Shown: piece after piece, positions 11,620 through 23,949 of the stretch
Layout of the letters: each line of letters opens with the position of its first letter
How positions within the stretch are numbered: the first letter of the stretch is position 1
Origin: Octopus sinensis
Taxonomy: Eukaryota
Assembly (NCBI RefSeq): GCF_006345805.1
Contig: NC_042997.1
Coordinates: 79,980,001-80,044,000, forward strand
Reading direction: 5' to 3'
DNA: 64,000 bases
Notes under the pieces: model-generated
The model's input: the letters and a program-made list of their open reading frames with translations, nothing else
Databases searched by the model: none
Told to the model about the DNA's origin: nothing
Position numbers and translations under genes: made by a program

Positions 11620-13400
11620 CAGTATTGCTTGTGTAAAATAAATTAATTAAATACACTGGGCAGGTACAAATAACTGTCTTCTCATACAATCATCAGAGGC
11701 ATGAAAAGAAGTGTCAGCTGAACCAATTTCAGCTTTATTGAGATTTTATCAGGAAAATACTTGAGTTAGATTGTATATAAAGCAATAGTTGTGGTTGTCC
11801 AGTCTTCTTAAATTTAATTAAGTTTCAGTGTTGATTGAAATCTAATTATATTTTTCATGTCCATAAGCTCCATGTTTATATGGTGGTGCATTTTCCAAAA
11901 TTGTCCAGCTGATATTGAAAGGACAGGTGTTGTTTTTCTTCAATTGCCAGGCATGTTTTGCAAGACTTGTTACTGTCCTATTCTTGGGGTGTCAGAAAGA
12001 ATTTCAGTGGGAATAAAATCTAGTCTTCAATGAATTTTCCAATTTTCTGTGTATGTTTTATATTCTTGTAAGCCATCTATTTGTACTTTAGCTCTATAAA
12101 CTATTCCTTTTTCAAGACATTTTCCTTCTAACGGACAGCAAGTCTTATCTTTGAAATTGCAATTCTTCTGGTTAAATTTGGCACTGTGGTTGTTTGTAAT
12201 GATTTTTGTGTTATGCCAATTAATAAAAGAGGCAAAGTTTTTGCAACAAGAATAGCTATCCTTCTGTGTTCTCCTATTAAAAATTCTATAGAACTAGTTT
12301 GAAAATGTTTAGAAACTAGTTTTAAGAATTCCGTACCTATATTTGTTTTTAGGGTGATATTAAATGCCAGATTAAACCACAAAATTTTCCTAGTTCTAGT
12401 TCTATGTGGTCTATTACTTCTAGAAATAGTTTGACTATATTAGATCTTCTCTGAGAACCCATTGTTCTGTAATGCATTATTATAATATGGTGCAGCATTT
12501 TGAAACACTGTCTCATCTGAAGATATGGATGATATGTGCCTTCCTATATTACTAACTAGATTCTTGAGAATTATGGGTGGATGATTTGATTCTTTGTTAA
12601 TATAAAATAGCGTTTCATGGGCCCTATGGTATGGTTTAAATTTATCTAATTGCAAATCTAAGTTGATATCTAAAAAATCTAAATTATTAAGGTTACTTTC
12701 TATTGTATTTGGAAGAAAGTAATCAGATTCTTCCTAAGTTTATCTAATGCAAGGCCATTTAAATTATGGATGACTATAAGACCATCATCCCTGTATAATC
12801 CTGCATCTATAAAAGGGAATTCTAGATGCAGGTTATGTAAAATATAACATCCTATAAGCATACACAACTCTGTTCCATCATACATCCCCATTAGTACACC
12901 AAATAGAGAATCCTCACCCTTTTTAACCCAGGTGGAATCATAATAAAAAAAAGGAGGGATTTCCTTGCATGAAGGATAATATCTAAATCTGAGTTATTGA
13001 TGGTGACATACTGCTTGGCAAAGTCTAATGCTTTAAGAAGTAAAGGCCTGGATATTGATGGGTAAAAATCGACAATATTGAGCTGTGTAAATTTACAGTT
13101 GTGTTTATGGTTAATTCCTTTGAACCAATCCATCACTGACTTACTATTTTCCCAAATCCATAAATTTAATTCACTGTTTAACTTGCTTAAAATATAATCT
13201 AAAATATACTTGCTAATAATGCCTATTTCAGTTTTAGCAGGGTTAATTAGTCTACATTTAAGGTTTCTATTGAAATTCGCTTTGTGGTCCTTCAGGGTCA
13301 CAAAGAGCTGGTGTGGAGGTGGGTATTCTATCCTATCACTAACTTTAAGATTGTTAGCGATTCTTTTTGCTTCCAAATTCACTTCTTTATATAAATTTGT
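11620..13400 (-). mobile_element. Second, older Penelope-like element (frameshifted RT plus endonuclease remnants)
   Basis: Fragments TLKDHKANFNRNLKCRLINPAKTEIG, DFYPSI, MGMYDGTELCMLIG, GLYRDDGL, YINKESNHPP, WFNLAF...NIG, SLAKHAWQLK. Confidence 0.88.
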
Positions 13401-13658
13401 GTTATCTTTTTTGTATGTATGTGTGTGTATATATATATATGTATATATAAAAGAAAATTACCACATCCATACAACCAGTCTCTCTCCCTTACATTAATGA
13501 ATGATATAAAAACCATGCCTCTCTCACAAACTTTCTTCTTTCTTTTCCTTTCCTTTGCAAACCACCAAAACACTCCTACTTTCTTTTCTCTTCTCTATCT
13601 TCACTAAATTCCACTCTCTCCTCCTCTCTCTCCCCTGCACCTTGCTTTCTAATTTGTT

Positions 13659-13697
<39 letters not shown>

Positions 13698-14624
13698 CAC
13701 TTTCAATTTTATATTAAAAGAACAAGCAAACTTATTGTAAACCACTTTTTTGATAAATCTGATAATGAAAGAAAGCACTAAAAATGTAAATGAAGAATAT
13801 ATATAAACATCCAGCATTCTGACTACCTTATTATTCTCAATATACAATATTTGTACATCACTTCAAAAACTCTCTGCATATATGTATCTGTGTATGTATG
13901 TGTATGTGTGTGTGTGTGTGTATATATATATATACTCACACAATCATACATACACATACAATCATTCATAAATTTATATGTACTCATGTCTGGGCAACCA
14001 CACACACACACACACGTGGTTTCTTGAAACTGAATTTTTAATCTCACAACACAAGTTTCATGCCACTGCCATCTCACCTGAAGATTGCAGTAGTTTTAAG
14101 TGTGAGTTAGATCAAAATTTCTGTATTGAGTACTCCACTCTTAATTGTTCAACATTTGCACACACACATATATGTGTGCATGTACGTGTGTGTATATATA
14201 TATATTTTTTTAATACTTTTCTCACTGGATTGTGTATTTGTTTCACTTTTTCCCATCTGTGATTTTACTTTTGATCTTCTATATAAATGAGGGTTTTTCC
14301 TCCGTCTGGCTGTTTATTTTTCTATAGAACGAGATGTTACATTGTGGAACTGTTATTTTAATGAGTTGTATTTATTTATCAACTGATGAGATACATCTGC
14401 TCCACCAGATGCTCCTGAACCAGTTGTTGAGTGTCCCACCCATGCTAGATGTGTTGAAGCAATTGTCATAATTGTCATAATTAATAATAAATTCTCGTAT
14501 ATTCCAATTTCCGTCTTTTGTTTGCTATATATATATATTATATATATATATATATATAATATATATATATATATAATCTTCAACAAAGAAACTATGCTCT
14601 TAATTTTTATGCTAGCACATTCAA

Positions 14625-15003
14625 TTCTTTTATTCTTTTACTTGTTTCAGTCGTTTGACTGTGGCCATGCTGGATCACTACCTTGGAGTATTTTAGTCCA
14701 ACAACTTGATCCCAGGACTTAACCTTTAAGTCTAGTCTTTATTCTATTGGTCACTGTTGTCAAACCACTAAGTTACAGGGACATATACACACCAACACTG
14801 GTTGTCAAGCAGTGATGGGGGACAAACACACACACACATATGACAAGCTTCTTTCGGTTTCCATCTACCAAATCCACTCACAAGGTTTTGGTAGGCCAAT
14901 GCCATACAAGAAGACACTTGCATCAGATGCCACACAGTGGGACTGAACCCAGAACCATGTAGTTGGGAAGGAAGCTTCTTATCACACAACCGCACCTGCA
15001 CCT
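14625..15003 (-). mobile_element. tRNA-derived SINE (abundant octopus-type family)
   Basis: A/B-box head and gaataaaagaataaa tail; colinear with the copies at 34.7, 36.3, 37.5, 41.1 and 54.7 kb. Confidence 0.85.
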
Positions 15004-15094
15004 ATGCATATTTTTTTAATGTTTATCTTGTTCTTCTCATTATTTGCTACTTATTCTGATTTTGTATTTATCCTAATATTTCATTTTATTATAG

Positions 15095-15223
15095 TTCAGA
15101 AACAAGTCTAAACAAAATGGGGTTGGTGCCCAGTGCAATGAAGTTATCATGTTACTTACTGATGGTGGAACTGATAATGCTAAAGAGGTTTTTGAAAAAT
15201 ACAATTGGCCAAAAAATAAGTCG
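15095..15223 (+). CDS. CACNA2D: alpha2delta exon (129 nt, phase 0-0), VWA with TDG MIDAS Asp
   Basis: ttatag|TTC AGA...AAG TCG|gtatgt; FRNKSKQNGVGAQCNEVIMLLTDGGTDNAKEVFEKYNWPKNKS. Confidence 0.96.
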
Positions 15224-15963
15224 GTATGTATATTTTCTTACATTTAAAATGAGCCTCACAAAAAAACTTGTTATTCTTCAGTCCCAGGTCAACCTTCATT
15301 GATTAAATCTATCATCAAAAGCTTTTCAGTCATGCCCATCTTCTCTTTTTTTATAAACAGTGTATCTCTGACCACATCAATATATTCCTCCTTTTAAAGC
15401 AGACTGTTGGATACAGATTTGGCATCTATTTCTGTCAGGTTGAGCAACCACATACAAAATTGCTTTAATTGTTCTTGATGCATATGATGCTAATCATTTT
15501 ATCTATATTTGATATAAACTGACCACATAAAACTTATATTTGATTTTTCTTACTGCTAGTACTGTTACATCCTTCACCTGTATTGCCCTTTCTACAAAGC
15601 TTCAAAGTAATACATCTTGCCTATAAACTTTAAAATATCATGGTGTACAGTGTTTTAAAAAAAATATATCAGTAGTTGATTGTTTTCCTATATCAGTCAG
15701 TAGCAATGGATTTTGTTTTAGTATGCAATAAGTAACAACTACAAGCTTAACAAGTTGATAAAGTCCAACGAGGCAGAAATGTGCATGTAGCATTCTCATC
15801 ACCACATCAGTGGCAGACAGTTTTCAACTGCAGCTGGTTTATTTGTTTTTAAACAAAGCACAACTATGAGAGATATTATCTCAATATGAATATTGCAGTA
15901 TATTTGCCTTTTCTTGATGTATTTATATTATGGTACACACACACACATATATATATATATGTA

Positions 15964-16138
15964 TGTACCTGGTGCCACATTGAAAGCACCCAACACACTC
16001 TGTAAAGGGGTTGACATAGAAACCAAGCCAAATCAGCCTGGAACCTGGTGCAGCTCTCTGGCTTTCCGAGCCTGGTTAAACTGTCCAACCCGTGCCAGCA
16101 TGGAAACTGAACATTAAAAGATGATGGTGATGATGATA
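15964..16138 (+). mobile_element. Short decayed RTE-tail retroposon
   Basis: gcacccaacacactctg...ccagcatggaaactgaacattaaaagatgatggtgatgatgat. Confidence 0.65.
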
Positions 16139-16475
16139 TATATGTGTGTGTGTATGTGTGTGCACGCGCGTGTGTGTGTGCGCGTGTGTGTGTGCGCGTG
16201 TGTGTGTATATATGTGTAGTTTTAATTTTATCTATGGAAAAGCTTATTAAAATCATAATCATAAAATATGAAGTAGAGAAATGAGTTTGTAGGAATAGAC
16301 TGACAGATTGACTATACTTTTCCTTTCTGCCACCTCTGATGAAGTAAGTTTTAGTTGTGAACTGTCCGTTGTTTCAACTATGTTCGGTTTTACTAAATCT
16401 AAGAATACAATTGTGACTATATTAACATAACTTATGTTCAATTCCTGGTTGTAATAACATTTTTTTTTATTACAG

Positions 16476-16554
16476 GTAAGAGTTTTCACTTATGCCGTAG
16501 GTCCCACTGCAAATCCTACATCAGCTATTCGCTGGATGGCCTGTAGTAATCGAG
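16476..16554 (+). CDS. CACNA2D: alpha2delta exon (79 nt, phase 0-1), VWA
   Basis: ttttttttattacag|GTA AGA GTT...CGA G|gtaacc; VRVFTYAVGPTANPTSAIRWMACSNR(G). Confidence 0.96.
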
Positions 16555-17542
16555 GTAACCCTACTTGATGTTTTCAAAATTAATTATATTTCTATATATT
16601 TTGAGTAATTCATCTATTACATCTCCTTAATCATTGTTATTTTATAGATTTGAAATATCTTACAAAAGAATTTGGTTGATTATTTAAAGCATAAATGAAA
16701 GTGACCCTGTTGATTGAAATTCAGTGAGGTACCCATAATGTAACTGTTATTAGAATTCATTTAATTCTGGCATACTGTAAATTTGTGCATGTGAGACATC
16801 TTGGTAATAATCTTTTTTTTTTCTTTATGTTTACAAGGAGTCAGTAGTTCTCAAAAATTTACATATTTGTATAAATCATTGTATTGAAATGTCACTGTAA
16901 AGTGGGGAAAATGTATTTTAAGTTGTTTTGTTTTAGTTAAATTAAACAAAAAATTGTGATTAAAGATATCTGCAATAACCAGTAGTTATCTTTGACAGTA
17001 GTTTTTGATCTTTTTATTAGTTAGCTAATCTGAATTGATTAGTAACAAAGATATATTGAATTTTGAAGAACATTAGAAAAGCAGGTGTTTTTGTAAAAAC
17101 AAAAGACAAGTTTTTATATGGTTGTAAGGAAAATGTATGTAATATTACTTTCAATGAAATGTAAGAAAATCAAAAGGATATGAAAATCTATTGTTTAAAT
17201 TTGTCTGGCAATTTGGAACAGAATTTCTTTATTGTCATTTATCTTATTGTAGAACATATTTTGAAATTTAGCTTGATAGACCTCAACAACAGAGATAAAC
17301 ACATGCTCACACACACACATACATGCACGCATGCAGTATGAGTGGGTTGTCAATCCCAAATGTTGAAATCCTGAAATATCAGAATCCCCAAAATGTTAAT
17401 GTTCATTAATGTTCAAAGTGGTCAATGAAGAAAATGGACAAAAATATTAGAAAGTGTTGTGTGTGTGTGTATTCTTCGTTTTTGTATCTGGTTTACAAGA
17501 TTCTTTAGGTGAATTTATGTGTGGATTCAAATTTTGTTGTGA

Positions 17543-17813
17543 CTGGGTTGAGCCATACTACATTGAAGCCTTAATATGTAACACACCAGTTCAATTTCCA
17601 CTCATTTATTTTTTCCTTTCAAAATTTTTGTTGCTTTTGCCACTTTGTCAATGGAGTTGTTAACCTTGTCAATAAATGTTGCCAACATCCATTGACAAGG
17701 TTGCAAAAGCAATGAAAATTTTGAAAGAAAATATTATAAATAATAAATGAGTGGAAATTGAACTGGTGAGTGTGTTACATATTAAGGCATTAAGGCAGTA
17801 TGACTCACCCCAG
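17543..17813. repeat. Intronic inverted repeat (about 120-bp arms, about 30-bp spacer), probably a MITE
   Basis: gccttaatatgtaacac..accagttcaatttccactcatttatt..ttgcttttgc..ttgtcaatgga pairs with tccattgacaa..gcaaaagcaa..aataaatgagtggaaattgaactggt..gtgttacatattaaggc. Confidence 0.88.
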
Positions 17814-17923
17814 AAACAAAAAAATATATATAAAGCATACTGAGCAAACATTTTTACTTTTGGAGATTTTGTTAATGGTTTGATAATGATGATAGTTATA
17901 CTGATAGCTATAATTTTTTTCAG

Positions 17924-17973
17924 GTTATTTTTCACAGATTCCAGCCATGGGTGCTATACGATCCAAAGTTCAA
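17924..17973 (+). CDS. CACNA2D: alpha2delta exon (50 nt, phase 1-0), end of VWA
   Basis: tttttttcag|GT TAT TTT...GTT CAA|gtaagt; (G)YFSQIPAMGAIRSKVQ. Confidence 0.95.
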
Positions 17974-20900
17974 GTAAGTATGGTGTAGTTTAAAATTCCC
18001 AGTACAAATTTGATTTGAATATTAAAGCTTAAATCAGTATTCATTTCTGATACTCTTCAATAACGACTTTTATTTTAAATAATTCTGTAATTGTAAATAT
18101 TTATCAGTGAATTAATTTGCAAGTTCAAAATATTTCTTAACTTCTATTTTGAGATATTTTATTAAATCTAAAAACTTACTTTGTCATGTATCTCTTCATT
18201 AAATGGATATTCTATAATTGTAGCATGATTCTATAAAGGATTATATTTTTTCCAGGTGTTATTCAGAAAATGTCTCAAATCATATTTTACCATTTATTGA
18301 TTAAAATTAAATCATAAAGTTTTAAATAATCCAGAACCTTTTTTTAAAAAATAAATTACAGGTTTACTTATGGAAATTAAATCTAATTTGTTTTGTTTTT
18401 AATTTAGAGTATAAAAACAAACATCAGCTGTTTATAATGGAGTTATAAGATATTTTTGCATGAAAACAAAATCAGGAAGAACAGTTAATTAGATTCAAAG
18501 GAATCTTGCACCTTCAAGGGGTTTTAGCATTCAATGAAACAGAAAATGTTTTTTTTTTTTTGGCTTGCCTAATTCTCAGCTAGTTTTGAATATGCATTGA
18601 TTCTTGTTATCATTGTTTCCAAATTTTTTTGTGTAAATATTTTTAAGCATTGAATTTTTTATATATAAAATTGTTTTTAATATTTGAAAGAAATGAAAGA
18701 TATAGAAAGTAATTAAGTCATTGGAAGATTCCTATAATGATAAACAGCTCTTTTTATGTAGTTTCTTGTGACAAAAAAAATTGTTTTAATCTTTTACTCC
18801 ACAAGGAAAATTATATCCATCATTGTTGAGGAGATATGTATTTTTGTAAGAGTTCATTGAACCTTACCAAATATTCAAATATCAATAGATGCAATATTTT
18901 TGTTAAAGTAATTACCAGTAATTAATTATATATGGTAAATATACATGTCTCAAAAATGGAACATTGGTCATTAATGGGTTAAAGAATATACAGAAATTTC
19001 GAATTTAATATAAATGATATTATAAAAACTTTTATGTTTCTTTTGTTATATACTTCATATTTATAGTCTGATCCAAATATACTATTAAAATAAACAATAT
19101 AATAGGAGAAATATAATTAAAGAGCCTAGAGGAGCCAAGAAAATGTAAAAAATCAATAATATTCATAGTTGAATTATGGCTTTTAATGCAGTATAGGCAT
19201 AAATAATTTGAGTTTGTTGAATATTACTCAATGTCACAACAACGCCAAATTTGATGTTAGAAAGCTTGGAAGAATATAACAATTTTCAACTAAGAATGAT
19301 AAGAAATTAAATTCTGTATAAACTTAATCAGAATTTGATTTTATTAAATAAATTTATTTAAAATTTAACTGGACTAAGCACATAATCATCCTCATGCTCA
19401 CTTAATTCCAGTTATCAATATTTTGTTCATAATGTTGATATTGATGATTCCTTTTGGATTTGATATTAGCATTGCTATCCTTCTTCATAAGAAAATAAGG
19501 GAGAGTAAGAAATAGAAAGAAATATAAAAAAATTAAGAGAACTTGTCATTGTTTAACCCTAGATAAATACTGACATGGCCTCAATTTCTTTTTAAATGGT
19601 GTGGTAGGAGTTGCAGTTCTGTCCACTTTCTAGTAGGTCAAACAGCTGTGTAGTGTTATTGATATTGTCTTGTACTTCTTCTAAAATAATAGATGGGAGT
19701 TGGAGACTTGGCTACTATTTCTAGCATGTAGAGGCTTCTTTGTCGGTTGCTAGAGACTTTGTATAAAGGTAATTTTTCTGGTTAATAAACAAATGTTAAA
19801 GACAAACAATAGTTTGTTTTATAATAATCTGTTTGCAAAGGTTATTTGTCCTTACAACACCAAAATTACATAACTCATAGCATAAAGAATCATCCCCTTG
19901 ATTACTATAATCTATTATACTAGAATAATTTTTCAGCACACCCTTTCTCCATTGGTGATATGTAAAATTTACTCTGTAAAACATAAGCTCCATTTCATCA
20001 TCCTTATTTAAGATATCACCATATATTTGTCAATTCATATTTTTACACCCAACATAAAATGGTACTTCTCTTAGAATTTCCATTTTCCACCAGATAGTTT
20101 ACTGTTTGGTTTTAATAAAAATCTATCATCTGCATGAAATTAAATACACTTCCTGTTTAAAGAGTTTAATTCTAAAACCCATTTGGTATAGGTCAACACA
20201 TGTTGTTTTAGAAAATTTATAAAAAATAAACTATTAATTAGTTCAGTTAATACCATTACTACTGATTATAGTATTATTGCTATTTATTCATGTCTATGCT
20301 AATTAACAACTGCCATTATTCCCAGCACCACTAATACTAATATAAACTTACATGACTTTTGATAATTATGAGCATTTATTTGGGGCTAGTACTTGTATTT
20401 ATTTTTTTCACTTTAGAAGAAGGAAATCTAAAGTCATTGTTCATAGAATTTGAAATCAATCTAAAGGAATGTAACTAAATTTTGCTTGGGGTTCAATCAG
20501 TTCAAAATACTACTAATAGTAATAGTAACAATGGTAATAACAATTGTAATAATAATGTTTAAATACTTTAGGAATGCTGAAGTGCTTTTGTCACATATAT
20601 ATATATAATAACACAAATGAATCCTACAAATAATATATATATAAATAAATGTATTTATATGCATGGATATATTCATACATATTAATTTACATCTATCTAT
20701 ATAATGCCTATTTTGTTTTGTAATGTAATTTTTGATGGTATATTTCAACCAGCAATAAAAGGCCATTGATTAATGATGACGAAAGCTGTTTGAAAAGAAT
20801 TTCACAAACAAAATTTAATTTTTGTATTAATAATTATATGCAAAGTAAGAATCAATGCATATTTTATAGAAAATATCTATATAAATGACTTCATTTATTA

Positions 20901-21041
20901 CTAAATACAAAAGAAAAGTAATAACTATAAGTTTTGGAAATTTTTTATTGTTTTATTTTGGTTGCAATCCATGTGTAAAATATGTTGGTACTGCTGTAAA
21001 CTGTGTGACTTAAGCTATGCTCGCTATGTTATTTATTCCAG

Positions 21042-21125
21042 CACTATATAGGAGTTCTAGCTCGACCTCTGGCCCTTAATCATTCTGAATACATCAAGTG
21101 GGCTGGGGTGTACCAGGATAGCCAT
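21042..21125 (+). CDS. CACNA2D: alpha2delta exon (84 nt, phase 0-0), post-VWA Cache segment; last exon of this gene found in the window
   Basis: tattccag|CAC TAT...AGC CAT|gtaagc; HYIGVLARPLALNHSEYIKWAGVYQDSH (family motif Y..VL.RP......W..VY.D). Confidence 0.94.
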
Positions 21126-22273
21126 GTAAGCTGGCTATTACCTCTTCCTTCTACAATTTATATTCCTATTAATTAGTTATCAACACAATGTTATGTCACA
21201 TGATCTTTTTCTTTCTCTTACTGCTTATGTGCCTTGTGCTCTAGTTTCTTTACTCTCTTTTACCTTCTTGTGTTTATTTATTTCATGCAAACTGTTGCTT
21301 GCTTATATTAAAATCTTTTTATTTTTTTTTCTTGTGCAATTATTTTCATATCTTTACCATCTGTTGTTCTCCCTACTGTTAGTGCATTTCTTGCTGTTTT
21401 TCTCTACTTTCTGCATTCTGTGACACTGTTTTTATTGATGTCAAGTGTATCTGATTTTAGCCTGAACATTAAAAAAATTGTGCATATTTCTTATAGTCTT
21501 AAGATAGCTACAGTCATTTAGCTGCAGCTGTGCTATGATACCCACTTAGAGGAATTTTGACAATGTTATAAATTTAAGTACATATTCAACAACTACGCTA
21601 CATTACTAAAATAAGGGGACATAATACACCAGTTCACACACACACACACGTGTGTCTGTGTCTATATATATGATCTTGGAAGATCATAGTTCAAATAAGA
21701 AATCAGTTATGTAGAATGTATTCATTTGTTAGTAGCAAAAGGCCCTACAGAGCTCAATCATTTGATGTGTCCAGTTTATGTATGTGTGTGTATAGATGGG
21801 TGCATGTATGTATACACACTCTGTGTGTGTGTGTATGTATAATATATATACACTGTATGTATTTATGTTTGTGTTTATATGTGTACATATGTATGTGTAT
21901 GTGTGTTTATGTGTATACATATGTATGTGTGAGTTGTATATATGTGCATATATTTATATGTTTGTGTATATGTATGTGTATATATTTGTAGATGTGTGTG
22001 TGTGTATGTGCATATATTTATGAGTATATATGTATATAAGTGCATGTGCATGCATTTTTGTATGCATGTAATATTAGCGTCCATGACCACCAGAGTGCGA
22101 ATGAACTGAAAGAAAAACTGGATGTTGTGTACAAGTGAGAAGGCTATGTTGGTATGGGGGTGTGATGTGCATGGAGGAATACTTCTGCATAAGTACTGAG
22201 TGGAAAACCTGGAAAAGGGAGTTCAAGCAAACATGGGATAAATTGAAGGCTAACTGAGAGATGTATTTCATGG

Positions 22274-22373
22274 NNNNNNNNNNNNNNNNNNNNNNNNNNN
22301 NNNNNNNNNNNNNNNNNNNNNNNNNNNNNNNNNNNNNNNNNNNNNNNNNNNNNNNNNNNNNNNNNNNNNNNNN
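22274..22373. other. Assembly gap (100 N, probably of unknown size)
   Basis: Run of exactly 100 N abutting a 62-65 bp tandem array. Confidence 0.98.
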
Positions 22374-22787
22374 GAGCGTGGCCGTCTGCCAGCCTCGTCT
22401 GGCACTTGTGTCGGTGGCACATAAAAACACCATCCGAGCGTGGCCGTCTGCCAGCCTCGTCTGGCACCTGTGTCGGTGGCACATAAAAAAAACACCATCC
22501 GAGCGTGGCCGTCTGCCAGCCTCGTCTGGCACCTGTGTCGGTGGCACATAGAAAACACCATCCGAGCGTGGCCGTTTGCCAGCCTCGTCTGGCACCTGTG
22601 TCGGTGGCACATAAAATCACCCACTACACTCTCGGAGTGGTTGGCGTTAGGAAGGGCATCCAGCTGTAGAAACACTGCCAGATCTGACTGGACTGGTGCA
22701 TCTTTCGGGCTCCCCAGACCCAGTTGAACCGTCCAACCCATGCTAGCATGGAAAGCGGACGTTAAATGATGATGATGATGATGATGA
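22374..22787 (+). mobile_element. RTE-type 3' end with four 62-65 bp tandem units and (ATG)n tail
   Basis: Units start at 22374, 22436, 22501 and 22564 (gagcgtggccgtctgccagcctcgtctggcac...caccatcc), followed by the conserved tail. Confidence 0.85.
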
Positions 22788-22789
22788 TA

Positions 22790-23025
22790 ATATATGTATG
22801 TAATATATATTGTATATATATATATATGTATATATAGTATATGTAAATATATGATATATATATATGTATATATATGTATATGTGTATATATAATATATAT
22901 ATGTATATATATGTATATATATATATGTATATATATATATGTATATATATGTTATATATAGTATAATATGTATATATATGTATATATATATATATAGTGT
23001 ATATATATATGTATATATATATATG

Positions 23026-23074
<49 letters not shown>

Positions 23075-23202
23075 GTTATATATATTATGTATGTATATAT
23101 ATATATATGTAGTATATATATATATGTATATATATGTATGTATATATATATATATGTATGTATATATATATATGATATATATGTATATATATATATTATA
23201 TA

Positions 23203-23247
<45 letters not shown>

Positions 23248-23409
23248 GCGGTTCGGCAAAAGAGACCGATAGAATAAGTACTGGGCTTACAAAGAATAAG
23301 TCCCGGGGTCGATTTGCTCGATCAAAGGCGGTGCTCGGTGCTCCAGCATGGCCGCAGTCAAATGACTGAAACAAGTAAAGAGTAAAAGAGTATATGTATT
23401 ATATATATG

Positions 23410-23450
<41 letters not shown>

Positions 23451-23472
23451 TGTAATATATATATATATATGT

Positions 23473-23503
<31 letters not shown>

Positions 23504-23613
23504 GTTATATATTATGTATATGTATATATATATGTATATATGTATTTGTATATATATATGTATTGGTATATATATATGTATTTGTATATAATATGTATAT
23601 GTATATATATATG

Positions 23614-23670
<57 letters not shown>
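22790..23670. repeat. Compound (TA)n/(TATG)n microsatellite field
   Basis: About 730 bp of TA-based repeats interrupted by a SINE half. Confidence 0.97.
23247..23393 (+). mobile_element. 3' half of the same SINE family
   Basis: gcggttcggcaaaagagaccgatagaataagtac...gcatggccgcagtcaaatgactgaaacaagtaaagagtaaaagag. Confidence 0.85.
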
Positions 23671-23949
23671 CAAGATAAGAAAATGGAGAGAAATACATCT
23701 AAATCAATATCAATTATCAGATAATACTCAATCACAACTTTATTAAACCACCACATAAGAGACAGTAGGGTTAAACATAAAAAAGCAGAACAAATCAGTG
23801 TACACAAAAAAGTGTACATAAAAGAGTAAAGTTGTATAATAAGTAGAATATATATAAAAAAGAGAATATAAATATAAGTATAGATTACATCTTACAGCTC
23901 TTTCGGCCATGTAGATAAGTATGTCTCTTTTTATATATTAAGTTATGGC

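Noticed and set aside
11660-11715. CTGATGA on the minus strand at the 3' end of the older Penelope element
   Set aside because: No stem II or GAAA at a usable distance; cannot be folded as a hammerhead.
21716-23746. Many 60-160 aa ORFs rich in Y/I/C/V/H/T
   Set aside because: Artefacts of (TA)n, (TG)n and tandem repeats and of the N gap; the same applies to ORFs near 13.4, 26.6, 29.7, 40.6, 45.9, 49.2 and 55.7 kb.
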